Shown one piece after another: positions 18,927 through 28,753 of a stretch of DNA of 41,136 nt; the stretch's first letter is position 1; each line of letters starts with the position of its first letter. Location of the stretch: positions 1 through 41,136 of the forward strand of contig CAZOWT010000003.1 in assembly GCA_964583345.1 (NCBI GenBank). The letters are read 5' to 3'. This DNA comes from an uncultured Clostridia bacterium. Its GTDB lineage: Bacteria; Acidobacteriota; Aminicenantia; UBA2199. The notes beneath the pieces are model-generated. The model made no database searches and was not told the DNA's origin. It saw only the letters and a list, made by a program, of their open reading frames with translations. The position numbers and the translations under genes are program-made.

Positions 18927-19820
18927 ATGTTTAATATATCGCTGAAAAAGAAAATCACCCGTATATTCGGTTCCCGGAAAAACCGGGAAGAAATCTTTGC
19001 TGACCTGGAGGAACTGCTCATTCTCTCGGATATCTCGGCCGAACGGTCGGATCGGATATTATCCCGGGTCAGGAAAACCGCCGGGGCCGGTTTTGAAAAG
19101 GATGAATTTTTATCGGTTCTAAAGGAAGAATTGCTGGCCATATTTTCCGTGGCCGGCGATAGCGGAAACAACGGATCATCATGTTTGGTTCATCTTCCCG
19201 ACGAAAAGAATGTCATCATGATGGTGGGGGTGAACGGCAGCGGAAAAACCACCACCGCGGCCAAGCTGGCTGTCTATTTCCGAAACCGAGGAAAAAAGGT
19301 TCTCCTGTGCGCCGCCGATACCTTCCGGGCAGCCGGTGGTTCTCAACTGTCTTTATGGGGAGAGCGGCTGGGCATTCCGGTGGTCGGCGGGGACCGGGGT
19401 GCTGATCCGGGATCGGTGGTCTACAACAGCCTGAATTCCCTGAAAAACAGGGATTATAACCTGCTGATCGTGGATACCGCCGGCCGGGTGCAAACCAAAG
19501 ACAACCTGATGAAGGAACTGGAGAAAATCATCAAAATTATCAGCGGTTTTTTCCCCTCCCAGCCGGTTGAAATTTTCCTGGTGGTGGATGCCACCATGGG
19601 GCAGAATACCCTGGATCAGGCACGCAAATTCAAGGAATTCTCGGAAATTTCCGGTATAATCCTGGCTAAGACCGACGGGTCGGCCAAAGGCGGAACCGTC
19701 ATCAATATCGTTGATGAGATGAAAATCCCGGTCAAATTCATCGGCACCGGCGAAAAAGAAACGGATCTGGCTGAATTTTCTCAAAAGGCGTTTATCGGGT
19801 CCCTGCTGGAGGAAGAATAG
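18927..19820 (+). CDS. ftsY: Signal recognition particle receptor FtsY (short form, NG domains only)
   Basis: 297 aa with GVNGSGKTTTAAKLA (G1), DTAGR (G3) and AKTDGSAKGG (G4/closing loop). Confidence 0.9.
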   Translation: MFNISLKKKITRIFGSRKNREEIFADLEELLILSDISAERSDRILSRVRKTAGAGFEKDEFLSVLKEELLAIFSVAGDSGNNGSSCLVHLPDEKNVIMMVGVNGSGKTTTAAKLAVYFRNRGKKVLLCAADTFRAAGGSQLSLWGERLGIPVVGGDRGADPGSVVYNSLNSLKNRDYNLLIVDTAGRVQTKDNLMKELEKIIKIISGFFPSQPVEIFLVVDATMGQNTLDQARKFKEFSEISGIILAKTDGSAKGGTVINIVDEMKIPVKFIGTGEKETDLAEFSQKAFIGSLLEEE

Positions 19821-19821
19821 G

Positions 19822-20922
19822 ATGGTGGAATTTTCTTCCCCGGACATTTGCTGGATGAAGACCGCCATTGAATTGGGAAAAAAGGGAATCGGTTATACCG
19901 AGCCCAATCCCATGGTGGGTGCGGTGGTGGTCAAAAACGGAAAGGTGCTGTCCAGCGGTTTTCACCGGCACTTTGGCGCTGAACATGCCGAAGCCATGGC
20001 CCTGAACCGAGTGGAGGAAACGCACGCCACCCTTTATGTTCCGCTGGAGCCCTGTTGCCATCTGGGGAAAACTCCCCCCTGCACCGATTTGATCATTAAG
20101 AAGAAAATCCGCCGGGTGGTGATTGCGCTTCAGGATCCCAATCCGCTGGTCAACGGTCAGGGTATTCGCCGGCTGGAACAAAATCGGATTCGGGTTGACC
20201 GGGGGTGCCTGGCCTCTTTATATTCGCGGTTGAACCGGCATTATCTGGGATACATGACCCGGAAAAGGCCGTATGTGACCCTGAAAGCCGGGGTCTCGCT
20301 GGATGGGAAACTAACCGATAAATTCCGAAAATCACGCTGGATAACCGGGGATAAATTCAGGCAAATATCGCGCAGTTTCCGGGGCGAGTTCTCAGCCATT
20401 CTCACCGGGGACCTGACCGTGGGGGACGACAATCCCGCTCTGACAATAAACGAAAACGAGTGGCCGGATAAAAAACTCTGGCGGGTCGTTCTGGATACCC
20501 ACAACCGGCTGGATTCAAAAAAACAGATTTTCCGGGAGCAGAGCCGTTTTCCCCTCATCCTGTTCAGTTCAGAAAGGGCCAAAGACAGGGCCACCAAGAC
20601 CGATCACCACCATTTTGTTCCCGCTTTTGGGGATGAGCTTGACCTGAAAACGGTTCTGGATATCCTTTTCCTTAACGGGATTGCCTCGGTGCTGGTGGAA
20701 GGCGGCGGACGAATGATCAACTCCTTTTTAAAAAATCGGCTGGCGGATGAAATAATCCTGTTTACGGCCCATAAATTGATCGGTGGGACCGGGTCGGTGC
20801 AATTGTTTGCTTCCGGAGCCGGACTTTCGGAACCAATCACCCTGGTTGACCCTGAAATCCTGGATTTTGAATCCGGAATGATTGTCCGTGGTTCGGTCCT
20901 GGACACCGGGGGGGGTGAATAA
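19822..20922 (+). CDS. ribD: Bifunctional riboflavin biosynthesis protein RibD (pyrimidine deaminase / uracil reductase)
   Basis: 366 aa with the deaminase zinc motifs HAEAMAL and EPCCHLGKTPPC, and the reductase half TLKAGVSLDGK...VEGGG. It starts 1 nt after the ftsY stop. Confidence 0.9.
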   Translation: MVEFSSPDICWMKTAIELGKKGIGYTEPNPMVGAVVVKNGKVLSSGFHRHFGAEHAEAMALNRVEETHATLYVPLEPCCHLGKTPPCTDLIIKKKIRRVVIALQDPNPLVNGQGIRRLEQNRIRVDRGCLASLYSRLNRHYLGYMTRKRPYVTLKAGVSLDGKLTDKFRKSRWITGDKFRQISRSFRGEFSAILTGDLTVGDDNPALTINENEWPDKKLWRVVLDTHNRLDSKKQIFREQSRFPLILFSSERAKDRATKTDHHHFVPAFGDELDLKTVLDILFLNGIASVLVEGGGRMINSFLKNRLADEIILFTAHKLIGGTGSVQLFASGAGLSEPITLVDPEILDFESGMIVRGSVLDTGGGE

Positions 20923-20923
20923 A

Positions 20924-21505
20924 ATGTTTACCGGCATCATTCAGGCTCAGGGCAGCCTGGTTTCCCTGAAAAAGAAAATCTTCCCCGAAATGGTGGTTGA
21001 GTTCATCTTGCCGGAGAAAGTTGCCATCGGGGATTCGGTGGCGGTTAACGGGGCCTGCCTCACCGTGGTGAAAATGGAAAATTCCCGCTTCAGCTTCGAT
21101 CTCAGCCGGGAGACGCTGAACATATCCAACTTCAATGACCTGCCCAGGGGCAGCCTGCTAAACATCGAATTGCCTCTTACCCTGACTGCCTTTCTCAGCG
21201 GACATCTGGTCAGCGGACACCTGGATGGGACGGTCCGGACGCGCTCGATCAACCGCAGCGCCGAACGGTCCACATTTGTTTTTACCTTCACCCGAAAAGA
21301 GTGGAGGCGTTTTCTGGTTTTCAAGGGCTCGGTGGCATTGAATGGCATCAGCCTGACGGTTTCCGAAATAGGGGACTCTTCTTTTTCGGTCGAGGTCATT
21401 CCCCATACCCTGGAAACCACCAACCTGAAATTTTTAAAAATCGGGGACCGGGTGAACCTGGAACTTGATTTAATCGGCAAATACATATATAATCAAAAAT
21501 GCTGA
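20924..21505 (+). CDS. ribE: Riboflavin synthase (alpha chain)
   Basis: The start is moved to ATG 20924, giving the canonical MFTGIIQAQG N-terminus one nt after the ribD stop. Two lumazine-binding repeats are present (GDSVAVNGACLTV and GSVALNGISLTV). Confidence 0.85.
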   Translation: MFTGIIQAQGSLVSLKKKIFPEMVVEFILPEKVAIGDSVAVNGACLTVVKMENSRFSFDLSRETLNISNFNDLPRGSLLNIELPLTLTAFLSGHLVSGHLDGTVRTRSINRSAERSTFVFTFTRKEWRRFLVFKGSVALNGISLTVSEIGDSSFSVEVIPHTLETTNLKFLKIGDRVNLELDLIGKYIYNQKC

Positions 21506-21531
21506 AAAAAATCTGAGAGATTGATAAAATA

Positions 21532-22746
21532 ATGAAAAATTCACATTTAATTTCTGTTCCGGAAGCCGTTTCGCTTCTGAAAGCAGGGAAGATGATCATC
21601 ATTGTTGATGATGAAGACCGGGAGAACGAAGGCGACCTGGCCATTGCCTCTGAGAAAATCACCCCGGAGGCCATTAATTTCATGGCCAAGCACGCCCGGG
21701 GGCTGATCTGTATTTCCCTGACCGAAAGCCGTAGCGATGAGCTGCAGCTTCCCCTGATGGTGGACAAAAATACCTCCCATTTTGAAACACCGTTCACGGT
21801 TTCCGTGGACGCCAGAAACAATATCACCACCGGTATTTCCGCCTTTGACCGGGCCGAAACCATCCGCTGCCTGATCAATGAGAAAACCAGGCCTGAAGAT
21901 CTGGTAAAACCGGGCCATGTTTTTCCCCTGAGGGCGAAAAAAGGGGGGGTGCTGGTCCGGGCCGGACAGACCGAAGGCTCGCTGGATCTGGCTCGAATTG
22001 CCGGTTTGTATCCATCAGGTGTCATCTGCGAAATCATGAAGGAAGACGGAACCATGGCCAGGATGCCTGACCTGATCGAATTCAATGAACTGTTCGGAAT
22101 CCCCATCATCACGGTTGAGGAGATCATCAAGTACCGGATTCAAAAGGAAATGCTGGTCGAAGAGATCAGCGAGGCCAACCTGCCAACCCGTTGGGGAACC
22201 TTCAAAATCAAGGTTTTTCAGGACCAGATTAACGGCGAAACCCATGTGGCCCTGGTAAAGGGAGAAATAAACGGGGACAAGCCGGTGCTGGTGCGGGTTC
22301 ATTCCCAGTGCCTGACCGGAGATGCCTTCGGCTCCTTGAAATGCGATTGCGGCAGCCAGCTTGCCCGGGCCATGTCCATGATTGAAGAAGAAAAACACGG
22401 GGTCTTGCTTTACCTGATCAATCAGGAGGGCCGGGGAATCGGCCTGCCGGGGAAGATCAAGGCTTATAAACTTCAGGAACACGGCCTGGATACGGTGGAG
22501 GCCAACTTGAAACTGGGATTCGAAGCCGACCAGCGTGACTATGGCATCGGTGCCCAGATTCTGAGGAGTTTGGGTGTCAAGAAAATCAGGTTAATCACCA
22601 ACAACCCCACCAAGTACATTGGCCTTTCCGGCTATGGAATGGAAATCGTTGACCGGGTGCCTCTGGAAATCGAACCGGGTGAAGAGAATTTCCATTATAT
22701 GAAAACCAAAAAGGAAAAGATGGGCCATCTGCTGAAAAAAATATAA
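21532..22746 (+). CDS. ribBA: Bifunctional 3,4-dihydroxy-2-butanone-4-phosphate synthase / GTP cyclohydrolase II
   Basis: 404 aa with the DHBPS motif [12 protein letters not shown] and the GCHII zinc motif [15 protein letters not shown]. Confidence 0.9.
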   Translation: MKNSHLISVPEAVSLLKAGKMIIIVDDEDRENEGDLAIASEKITPEAINFMAKHARGLICISLTESRSDELQLPLMVDKNTSHFETPFTVSVDARNNITTGISAFDRAETIRCLINEKTRPEDLVKPGHVFPLRAKKGGVLVRAGQTEGSLDLARIAGLYPSGVICEIMKEDGTMARMPDLIEFNELFGIPIITVEEIIKYRIQKEMLVEEISEANLPTRWGTFKIKVFQDQINGETHVALVKGEINGDKPVLVRVHSQCLTGDAFGSLKCDCGSQLARAMSMIEEEKHGVLLYLINQEGRGIGLPGKIKAYKLQEHGLDTVEANLKLGFEADQRDYGIGAQILRSLGVKKIRLITNNPTKYIGLSGYGMEIVDRVPLEIEPGEENFHYMKTKKEKMGHLLKKI

Positions 22747-23501
22747 TGGATATTGCGGTTGAGACTTTCCTGGAACTGGGCCCCGCCAAGCAGATCGAAT
22801 CCCTGAAGGAGGGAGAATTATCCAGCTTACCCCGGGACCAGATGATTATTTTTCTCAAAGGCGCTCTGGAAGCCGGGCTTTCTTCAAAAACCACCGCCTG
22901 TGCGTTGAAAATACTCAGAGAACTGAAATACCGGGACCAGTTTTATTTTCGCAAATTTTTATACCATGCCGACAGTTCGGTGGCCAATGCCGCCCGCAAG
23001 GCCATCAGTGAAGCCATTGAGCAGAAAGACAGCGGCATCATGCGCATCACCGAAATGCTGAAAAAAGAAAAAGGGCCAAGCCGGATGGAGTATCTCGACT
23101 CCATTCTCGAGGAAAAAATTGATTTCAGCACTGAAATACTGATTTCACTGCTCAACCTGGATGATTCCAACATCCGCCAGAGATTGGTCAGGGAAATCAA
23201 CCGGGATTATCATATCGATGAACCCCGTCTGGTGGAAGCCATTAAAGGGGCAGTCTGGTTTGTCCGGGCATCGATCGTTAAAATCCTGAGCAACCGGGAG
23301 AGCGAATTTCTTCCGGAAGTCATCGATTACCTGATGAACGACAAGAATGTCGAGGTTAAACTGAGTATGATAGAGGCACTTGGCCGGTTTGACCCCGGGC
23401 ATGCCCGGGCATATCTGGTGCGGCTTACCCACGATCCCCTGGTCTGGGTGAAGAAACAGGCTGAAAAAGCGCTGGCAAATTTGGAAAGAAATCCGGAATA
23501 G
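22746..23501 (+). CDS. HEAT-repeat protein
   Basis: 251 aa of helical repeats, e.g. DKNVEVKLSMIEALGRF...LTHDPLVWVKKQAEKAL. The ATG overlaps the ribBA TAA (TAATG). Confidence 0.6.
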   Translation: MDIAVETFLELGPAKQIESLKEGELSSLPRDQMIIFLKGALEAGLSSKTTACALKILRELKYRDQFYFRKFLYHADSSVANAARKAISEAIEQKDSGIMRITEMLKKEKGPSRMEYLDSILEEKIDFSTEILISLLNLDDSNIRQRLVREINRDYHIDEPRLVEAIKGAVWFVRASIVKILSNRESEFLPEVIDYLMNDKNVEVKLSMIEALGRFDPGHARAYLVRLTHDPLVWVKKQAEKALANLERNPE

Positions 23502-23597
23502 GCCTGGCGCCGGTCAGAATACCCCTCCATTTTTTTTAAAAACTAAAATGCTTTTGTTTACAACGCCTGAATCGAATCATTGGTTTTGAGGGGGGAA

Positions 23598-24875
23598 TTA
23601 TTCGATCTTCAGCAGAAAGTAATTCTTTTTTCCCTTCTGGATAAGGATGTATTTACCGTTCAGCAGGGCTTCGGGTCCCACCGTCAGTTTGTCATCCTGG
23701 ACCCGTTTTTTATTGATGCTGACCCCGCCGCTCCGGATCATCCGCCTGACCTCACTCTTGGAGGGAAACACCCGGGTTTCAATGGCCAGCAGGTCCACGA
23801 TATTGATGCCTTTTTTGATTGCCTGACGTGTTACTGTTTCCAGGGGAACACCCTCGAATACCGATAGAAAATCCATTTCTGACAATCGGTCAAGGGCCTC
23901 AGTGGTGCCGTTTCCGAATAGGATTTCCGCGGCGGCCTCGGCGATGTCCACCTCGCGGGATGAATGCACACGGGCGGTCAAATCTCTGGCCAGCGCTTTC
24001 TGGAGAATCCGTTGATGCGGCGCCCGGCTGTGTTGCCGGTCCAGTTCAGCGATTTCCTCCTGGGAAAAAAGGGTAAAGAGTTTCATGTAGTCGACGGCAT
24101 CCTCATCCGGACAGTTCAGCCAGTACTGGTAGAATTTATAGGGAGATGTCATGTCTGCCGACAGCCAGATGTTTTCGCCTTCCGATTTTCCGAATTTGCT
24201 GCCATCCGAGCGGGTGATCAGGGGACAGGTCAGGGCATAGGCTTCACCGGATGCTTTTCGGCGGATGAGTTCCGTTCCGGCGGTTATGTTCCCCCACTGG
24301 TCGGAACCGCCCATCTGCAGGATGCAGTTTTTATGTTCGTACAGCCAGTAGAAATCGTACGCCTGCAGGAGCTGGTAAGAGAATTCGGTAAACGATATTC
24401 CCTTCTCCAGGCGCTGCCTGACCGACTCCTTGGCCAGCATATAATTGATGGTCAGGTGTTTGCCGACATCACGCAGGAAGGGAAGAAATTCAATTCCCTT
24501 GAACCAGTCATAGTTGTTGACCACCTCGGCTGAATTTTTTCCCCGGTCAAAATCGAGAAATTTCTCCAGTTGGGCCCGGATTAATCTCTGGTTATGCCGG
24601 ATTTCTTCGATCGGCAACAGGGGACGCTCCTCTGATCGTCCCGAGGGATCGCCTACCATTCCGGTGGCACCGCCGATGAGGACAATGGGTTTGTGACCCG
24701 CCAGTTGAAAGTGGACCTGCATCATGATGGGGGCCAGGCTGCCGATGTGCAGCGAGGGGGCAGTGGGATCATAGCCCACATAACCGGTGGCCATAGCCTG
24801 ATGCAGTCTTTCTTCGGTTCCGGGCATGATATCATGGATCATGCCCCGCCACTTGAGTTCGGTAATGAAATTCAT
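23598..24875 (-). CDS. tyrS: Tyrosine--tRNA ligase
   Basis: 425 aa with the HIGH-type motif SLHIGSL, the KMSKS-type motif KFGKSEG, and a C-terminal S4-like domain. Confidence 0.95.
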   Translation of the reverse strand: MNFITELKWRGMIHDIMPGTEERLHQAMATGYVGYDPTAPSLHIGSLAPIMMQVHFQLAGHKPIVLIGGATGMVGDPSGRSEERPLLPIEEIRHNQRLIRAQLEKFLDFDRGKNSAEVVNNYDWFKGIEFLPFLRDVGKHLTINYMLAKESVRQRLEKGISFTEFSYQLLQAYDFYWLYEHKNCILQMGGSDQWGNITAGTELIRRKASGEAYALTCPLITRSDGSKFGKSEGENIWLSADMTSPYKFYQYWLNCPDEDAVDYMKLFTLFSQEEIAELDRQHSRAPHQRILQKALARDLTARVHSSREVDIAEAAAEILFGNGTTEALDRLSEMDFLSVFEGVPLETVTRQAIKKGINIVDLLAIETRVFPSKSEVRRMIRSGGVSINKKRVQDDKLTVGPEALLNGKYILIQKGKKNYFLLKIE

Positions 24876-25417
24876 CGGATAATCTCTTGCCCCAGTTTTA
24901 TGGCTTTCAGGTTCAAATCGATTGCATCTGCCGGCGCCCAGTTCTTGATGTATTCGACCATGTTCTCATAGCCGATGACTCCGGTCAGATGCTGGGTCAG
25001 CGATACGGTGACCACCGAGGTCAGGACAATATTGCCCAGCTGTTTTTTGGTTTCGAAAATGATGGGAATCCGGTAGAGTTTCCAGTTCCGGGTATTCCCG
25101 ACTTCTCGGATATGATGGCTGTCGATAATCACAATGGCATCATCCTTCAGCCTCTCCTTGTACAGGTCAAAGGGTTTTTGCTGGGTGCAGACAAAAAAAT
25201 CAATGGCCGTAGCCTGGGGGAAAATGATCTTTTTATCCGAGATGATGATGTCCACTTTGGTCGGTCCGCCCCTGACGCTGGCCGTGTAGGTGGGGCTTTC
25301 GACCGCATATTTGTTCTCTTTGGTGACCGCGATGTTAACCAGCAGGGCTCCGGCAGTGATTAATCCCTCGCCGCCGACCGCCCCATACCGGATCTCAAAC
25401 CTGCCCATTTCTTTCAT
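24872..25417 (-). CDS. 2-oxoacid:ferredoxin oxidoreductase, gamma subunit
   Basis: 181 aa with GAVGGEGLITAGALL, typical of OFOR gamma subunits. It overlaps both neighbours by 4 nt. Confidence 0.85.
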   Translation of the reverse strand: MKEMGRFEIRYGAVGGEGLITAGALLVNIAVTKENKYAVESPTYTASVRGGPTKVDIIISDKKIIFPQATAIDFFVCTQQKPFDLYKERLKDDAIVIIDSHHIREVGNTRNWKLYRIPIIFETKKQLGNIVLTSVVTVSLTQHLTGVIGYENMVEYIKNWAPADAIDLNLKAIKLGQEIIR

Positions 25418-26244
25418 TCTCCTTTCATCCGGTCCTGGATGGTGGGGATAATATGTTTGTAATACAACTCGGTGTATTCCAGCCTTTCTTTTTCCTCGAC
25501 GAATATTCCCACCGGGAACTTCCCTTTCTTTTCTTCGGCGGATAATTTTTCATACCGCGACCGGCTGATGGTCTGGTCGGCGATCCAGCGGGTCATGGCA
25601 ATGGGATTTTTCATGTTGTTTTTCCGGCCTAGATTGATATGACAGTTGCTGATAACCTCAACCACTGAAAATCCCTTATGCTGAAAAGATTTTTTTATCA
25701 CCTGCCTGAGGGGGACCATCCGGTTCACGGTCTCCCGGGCGACGAAAGAGACTTTCGAAGCGATCAGGAGGTCAACGGAATCAAAATTGGGTTCGATGTT
25801 TCCGTAGGGGGTGGTTTCGGTGATAAACTTCTGGGGAGTGAGGGGAGAAACCTGTCCCCCGGTCATGCCGTAAATTCCGTTGTTGATCATGATCATTTTG
25901 ATTCCAATGTTTCGCCGGGCAGCATGAATCAGGTGGTTCCCGCCAATAGCCAGTGCGTCACCGTCTCCGGATATGACCACCACGGTTTTTTCAGGACGGG
26001 CCAGTTTAATGCCGGTGGCAAAGGTTAATGCCCGCCCATGGGTGGTGTGCAGGGTGTTGGTGTTGAAAAAAGTAGGCAGCCTTCCCGAACACCCGATGCC
26101 AGCAATGACCACGATATCTTCGGGTGGGATTTTGAGATCGGAAAAAGCCATGGCAATGGATTTGAGGATAATCCCGTCCCCGCATCCGGGGCACCAGGGA
26201 GTCGGGAATGTCCGGTATCTGATGTATTTTTCGTAGTCTCTCAT
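25414..26244 (-). CDS. 2-oxoacid:ferredoxin oxidoreductase, beta (TPP-binding) subunit
   Basis: 276 aa with WCPGCGDG, GIGCSGR, and the TPP motif ISGDGDALAIGGNHLIHAARRN. Confidence 0.9.
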   Translation of the reverse strand: MRDYEKYIRYRTFPTPWCPGCGDGIILKSIAMAFSDLKIPPEDIVVIAGIGCSGRLPTFFNTNTLHTTHGRALTFATGIKLARPEKTVVVISGDGDALAIGGNHLIHAARRNIGIKMIMINNGIYGMTGGQVSPLTPQKFITETTPYGNIEPNFDSVDLLIASKVSFVARETVNRMVPLRQVIKKSFQHKGFSVVEVISNCHINLGRKNNMKNPIAMTRWIADQTISRSRYEKLSAEEKKGKFPVGIFVEEKERLEYTELYYKHIIPTIQDRMKGE

Positions 26245-27368
26245 TTTTTAAACCACTTGATGGCTTCCAGAACCTCTGTTGGCGTAAAAGGTACCCCGTT
26301 TGCCCGAAGCAGGGCTTTGTGCTGGACATCATCGGGTGCAGCCCGTTCGATTTCGTACATGGTCTGCCCCATATTCAGTTCCACGGTCAGTACTTTTTTG
26401 ATTTTCTTGAATTTTTCTCTGAGAATCTGCTTGGGAAATGGCCATATGGTGATGGCCTGGAACAGGCCTGCCTTGATTCCCTCTTTCCTGGCCATTTCGA
26501 CTGCTGCCAGTGAAGAACGGGCGGAAATACCGAAACTGAATATCATGATTTCGGCGTCATCCAGGTTGTATGCCTTATAGGTAATGATTTCATCCAGGAA
26601 ATGATATATTTTTTGCATCCTCAAGGTCTGCATTTTGTCCACGATTTTGGGCTCGGTTGTCGGCCAGCCGTGCTTGTCATGTTCCAGGCTGTCTATATGG
26701 ATGGGGTACTTCTTGAAAAAATCGACGCGGGGGGGATTCTGGCCGATTTCCCGGTCATAGATGTTCAGATCCTCGATTTTTTTGGTTTGTTCCCAGTAAA
26801 TGGAAATATCCTTTTTCTCCGGCAGTTCGACATCCTCCCGGGCCTTGGCGATAACTTCGTCAAGCAGGATGATAACCGGATTCCAGAACTTTTCCGACAG
26901 GTTGAAAGCCCGGATGGTTTCGGAAAAGATTTCCTCGGCAAAAGCCGGATAAACCGCGATGATGGGATGGTCGCCGTGCGTTCCCCAGCGGGCCTGCATG
27001 ATATCTGACTGCGAGGGCTTGGTGGGCATTCCGGTTGAGGGCCCTCCCCGCATGACATTCACGATGACCAGCGGAATTTCGGCCATCACCGCCATGCCCA
27101 GTTGTTCCTGCATCAATGAAAATCCGGGGCCGCTGGTGGCGGTCATGGCTTTCTTGCCGGCCAGTGATGCCCCGATACAGGCGCCCAGCGAGGCAATTTC
27201 ATCTTCCATCTGGATGAAATCAAAACCGAGTTTGGGAAGTTCGATGGACATGAACTGGGCAATCTCTGAAGAGGGGGTGATCGGGTAGCCGGCAAAAAAA
27301 TCGCAGCCGGCGGCAATGGCTGCCCTGGCCACAATGATATTGCCCTGGAGAATTTGTCTCTTTTTCAT
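26241..27368 (-). CDS. 2-oxoacid:ferredoxin oxidoreductase, alpha subunit
   Basis: 375 aa with LQGNIIVARAAIAAGCDFFAGYPITPSSEI, the characteristic OFOR alpha N-terminus. Confidence 0.9.
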   Translation of the reverse strand: MKKRQILQGNIIVARAAIAAGCDFFAGYPITPSSEIAQFMSIELPKLGFDFIQMEDEIASLGACIGASLAGKKAMTATSGPGFSLMQEQLGMAVMAEIPLVIVNVMRGGPSTGMPTKPSQSDIMQARWGTHGDHPIIAVYPAFAEEIFSETIRAFNLSEKFWNPVIILLDEVIAKAREDVELPEKKDISIYWEQTKKIEDLNIYDREIGQNPPRVDFFKKYPIHIDSLEHDKHGWPTTEPKIVDKMQTLRMQKIYHFLDEIITYKAYNLDDAEIMIFSFGISARSSLAAVEMARKEGIKAGLFQAITIWPFPKQILREKFKKIKKVLTVELNMGQTMYEIERAAPDDVQHKALLRANGVPFTPTEVLEAIKWFKK

Positions 27369-27659
27369 TTAATCTGTTTTTTCCTCGTAGTTGACAAAAA
27401 TAGCAAAATCCGGACATCGCATTTCACACATCTGGCAGCCGATACAGTAATTCGGGGCATCGATCCGGGCTGATGTGCCGTATTTGCTTTCATGGTTGTC
27501 TTCCAGCATCAGTGTGCCGGTCGGGCAGATGTCCACGCAAAGTCCGCATCCCTTGCAATATACACGCATCAGGGTGATCTGGTTTTTTTTTGTCGAGGGT
27601 TTTTTGGTGTTTCTCCGTGCCAGTGCTTCCTGGTTTAACTCGATTTCAAATTTCTCCAT
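27369..27659 (-). CDS. 2-oxoacid:ferredoxin oxidoreductase, delta subunit (2x[4Fe-4S] ferredoxin)
   Basis: 96 aa with two CxxCxxCxxxCP motifs (CKGCGLCVDICP and CIGCQMCEMRCP). The delta-alpha-beta-gamma order resembles OorDABC-type 2-oxoglutarate enzymes, but substrate cannot be assigned from sequence alone. Confidence 0.85.
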   Translation of the reverse strand: MEKFEIELNQEALARRNTKKPSTKKNQITLMRVYCKGCGLCVDICPTGTLMLEDNHESKYGTSARIDAPNYCIGCQMCEMRCPDFAIFVNYEEKTD

Positions 27660-27682
27660 GGATCACCTTGTTCTGATTTGAG

Positions 27683-27691
27683 ATTTTATCA
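27683..27691 (-). promoter_or_regulatory. Extended -10 promoter element TGaTAAAAT upstream of the OFOR operon
   Basis: The minus strand reads gTGATAAAATctcaaatcagaacAAGGTGAtccATG. The -10 lies 23 nt from the ATG at 27659, with an AGGTGA RBS in between. No good -35 was seen. Confidence 0.35.
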
Positions 27692-27759
27692 CAAAAACCG
27701 GCACAAAAAAACGAGTTTGGGGCTTTTTTTTTATTTTTGGCCGGCTCAAATACCTTGGT

Positions 27760-28647
27760 TCAACCTGGAAAGGTGGCGTATTTGATCGCGTTCTTGCCCT
27801 CACGCTTGACCTGGAACATCAGGCTATCGGCCACTTTTATCAATTCATCGGCAGATGCCGAAACCTCCGAGCAGATCAATACCCCGATGCTGAATGTGAC
27901 CTCACATCGGTACCTTTGCATTTCTTCCAGAAGTCCTTTTTGAAGTTTTGAAAGTGTGACCGGGGCTGATTCCCGGTTGGTTTCGGGCAGCAGCAATACG
28001 AATTCATCACCGCCGAGCCTGGCCACCACATCCGTTTTTCGCAGGTTGTTTCTGGCGTAATCAACCACGACACTGAGAACCCGGTCACCGCTTTGGTGGC
28101 CGAACCGGTCGTTGATGCTTTTAAAATTATCCAGGTCAATATAGGCCAGGGAAAAAGGGCGTTTATAGCGTTTGGAACGGTCGATTTCCATCTGAAGCAA
28201 TTCAAAGAAAAACCGGGAATTGATGGCGCCGGTTAAAAAATCGGTACGGGCGAGTTCTTTTTCGTTATCCATGGCTTTTTTCAGTTCTGACAACAGCAGG
28301 GTGATGATAACGAAAAAAGACAGCCTGATCAAGACATTCCAGATGGGGATGAGGGGATGTGAGTATGATTGCCCGGAGATAATATCCACTCCCTGCCAGA
28401 CCAGGGTGCTGACAAAGGAGGCGATGATCCCGGGTGCCCGGCCGATCAGCCAGGTGATCAATGCAATGGGGATGATATAAAAAACCGAAAATCCGAATTC
28501 GAATCCGCTCAGGAAATCCAGTATGCCGACTCCGGCAATGAGGGAAAATCCGAGTAATATTTTAAATGGTCGACTTTTTTTTTCCAAATAGGTTAGTAAA
28601 TTCACGGTCTCCAGTTTATCACTTTTAAGATTATGTGATGACTCCAT
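27760..28647 (-). CDS. Membrane-anchored diguanylate cyclase (GGDEF domain)
   Basis: 295 aa. The N-terminal ~130 aa form about 4 TM helices. The GGDEF domain carries the active site RLGGDEFVLLL and an RxxD I-site (RKTD) five residues upstream. Confidence 0.85.
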   Translation of the reverse strand: MESSHNLKSDKLETVNLLTYLEKKSRPFKILLGFSLIAGVGILDFLSGFEFGFSVFYIIPIALITWLIGRAPGIIASFVSTLVWQGVDIISGQSYSHPLIPIWNVLIRLSFFVIITLLLSELKKAMDNEKELARTDFLTGAINSRFFFELLQMEIDRSKRYKRPFSLAYIDLDNFKSINDRFGHQSGDRVLSVVVDYARNNLRKTDVVARLGGDEFVLLLPETNRESAPVTLSKLQKGLLEEMQRYRCEVTFSIGVLICSEVSASADELIKVADSLMFQVKREGKNAIKYATFPG

Positions 28648-28753
28648 TTAATCAAAAAAAACCAATCAAGTCAACAACCGGGGATGGCTATTATCGTTAT
28701 TGCTCAATTGGAAATTTTAGAATAAAATAAGTACTATAGAATAGAGGTGAGCC

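Noticed and set aside
3493-24533. Many 100-260-aa antisense or out-of-frame ORFs in the track (e.g. 3493..3975, 4204..4884, 5496..6284, 7642..8244, 12284..12871, 15685..16167, 16276..16758, 20947..21486, 21396..22130, 22015..22482, 23964..24533)
   Set aside because: Each lies wholly inside a gene with strong family motifs on the other strand or frame. Their translations are compositionally odd and lack starts with RBSs.
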